A stretch of DNA of 64,000 nt from Ignavibacteriales bacterium (GTDB taxonomy: Bacteria > Bacteroidota > Ignavibacteria > Ignavibacteriales > Ignavibacteriaceae). A program made the position numbers and the translations under genes. Position 1 is the stretch's first letter; every line of letters begins with the position of its first letter. Shown one piece after another: positions 62,914 through 64,000 of this stretch. The notes below the pieces were generated by a model, which was given only the letters and a program-made list of their open reading frames with translations, did no database searches and was not told where the DNA came from. The stretch is from contig DPRR01000014.1 of assembly GCA_003538625.1 (NCBI GenBank), forward strand, positions 24,945 to 88,944. Direction: 5' to 3'.

Positions 62914-64000
62914 ATGAATCTAATTAAGACAATTATTCTGTCTTCTTTGTTATTGTTCATCTTTGCTTTTACATCGATAGCACAGAAGAAAGATTCAGTG
63001 CTGTACTTAATTCCGATTGATCAAATAGATTCAATCAAATATGAAACAGACGAAGTTATTGTTACAGGCACCAGAACGAGCCAAAAAATAATTGATATCC
63101 CTTATTCCGTGGTAAGGATTAGTCCAAATCAATATAAATATGATAGAAAGGTTTCTATAAGTGATGTGTTAAATGCCGTACCCGGAGTTTTTATGCAATC
63201 ACGGTATGGTAATCACGATGTAAGAATTTCGATTCGCGGTTTTGGTAGCAGATCTAATACCGGTATAAGAGGAGTAAGAATTTTGTTAGATGGAATTCCG
63301 GAATCAGAACCGGATGGACAAACAAGAATTGAGGCAATCGATTTTAATTCATTAGGAAGTATTGAAATCGTAAAAGGAAATTCATCTTCACTTTATACTA
63401 ATGCGCCTGGTGGAGTTGTGAATTTTATCAGCGATATTAATTATTCAAAATCATTCGCAACCCAATTTAATGAACTCGGTTCGTTTGGATTAAGACGAAA
63501 CGGATTTAAAGTCGGAATAAGAACAAAAAATTATGGACTCTTAAATACATATACATACCACAACTATAAAGGTTTTAGACCGCATAGTGAGGATTACTGG
63601 CATATCTTAAATACGGTGGTTGAAACTACGCCCGGTGATAATACCAATTTACAATTTCTCGGTTATCTTGCCACTGGTTTGATACGTCTTCCCGGTTCGT
63701 TAACTAAAGCGGAATTTGATACTGATCCTTATCAGGCTGCTCAGCGCGAAGTGGATTGGGATTTTAGAAGGGTCTCAAAAAAAGGACGGGTTGCTGTAAG
63801 ATTTGATTCGAAGTTTGGAGAAAAATTAAATAATGAAATTGAAATTACCGGCTATGGAACAATCAAATATTTTGAAAGGGCAGCACGCAACTCTTTTAGA
63901 ATTTTTGATCGTTATGGATTAGGCGCCAGCGTAAAGTATGTAAATAAATCTGCAATCTTTAACAGAGAAAATACATTTACAGTCGGCGGTGATCTGTTCT
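62914..64000 (+). CDS. TonB-dependent receptor, N-terminal signal/plug and start of the barrel (3' end outside the window)
   Basis: Not in the ORF track. ATG at 62914 gives MNLIKTIILSSLLLFIFAFTSIAQ..., then DEVIVTGTR, VPGVFMQSRYGNHDVRISIRGFG and IEIVKGNSSSLYTNAPGGVVNFI. The frame is open to the window end. Confidence 0.85.
   Translation, partial: MNLIKTIILSSLLLFIFAFTSIAQKKDSVLYLIPIDQIDSIKYETDEVIVTGTRTSQKIIDIPYSVVRISPNQYKYDRKVSISDVLNAVPGVFMQSRYGNHDVRISIRGFGSRSNTGIRGVRILLDGIPESEPDGQTRIEAIDFNSLGSIEIVKGNSSSLYTNAPGGVVNFISDINYSKSFATQFNELGSFGLRRNGFKVGIRTKNYGLLNTYTYHNYKGFRPHSEDYWHILNTVVETTPGDNTNLQFLGYLATGLIRLPGSLTKAEFDTDPYQAAQREVDWDFRRVSKKGRVAVRFDSKFGEKLNNEIEITGYGTIKYFERAARNSFRIFDRYGLGASVKYVNKSAIFNRENTFTVGGDLF

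Noticed and set aside
1-64000. Known anti-phage defence systems, toxin-antitoxin pairs, CRISPR-Cas or mobile elements
   Set aside because: I recognised no nuclease, methyltransferase, Cas, reverse-transcriptase, integrase or transposase signatures in any frame. The only decayed genes are the two phosphatase 3'-end fossils.

Overview
Visibly AT-rich 64-kb chromosomal window from a Gram-negative, probably FCB-group (Ignavibacteria/Bacteroidota-like) bacterium. That taxonomic call is an inference from a T9SS C-terminal sorting tail, an HTCS-type hybrid sensor, clear Shine-Dalgarno usage and type IV pilus ATPases. The left edge (1-6.3 kb) is housekeeping: dnaE 5' end, purD, a glycosyltransferase, guaB, a glutaryl-CoA-dehydrogenase-like ACAD and tRNA-Ser(GCU). 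The stand-out region is 8.2-34.8 kb, where 13 co-directional minus-strand genes form a greatly expanded partner-switching signalling locus. It holds seven PP2C/SpoIIE phosphatase paralogs: four with periplasmic beta-propeller/Y_Y_Y sensors, one with a GAF-like sensor, one sensorless, and one 1539-aa cytoplasmic giant with six tandem modules. It also holds two STAS antagonists, one RsbW-type kinase, two FIST proteins and a DUF6090-like membrane protein, but no sigma factor. The spacers carry GC-rich palindromic elements and two fossil 3' ends of lost phosphatase paralogs. Next come a terminator-insulated 1556-aa T9SS-secreted LamG/beta-helix/metzincin/vWA protein and a canonical propeller HTCS (HK-REC-AraC). 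After these lie a run of small exported NTF2-like or related proteins with an exported RidA and an AmpG-like MFS, then a beta-propeller lipoprotein. The right end holds a PilT/PilB/PilC cluster divergent from three atypical pilin-like genes, an L,D-transpeptidase and the 5' part of a TonB-dependent receptor. I saw no CRISPR array, rRNA, transposase, integrase or recognisable defence gene. All domain calls rest on motifs read by eye, not on database searches.
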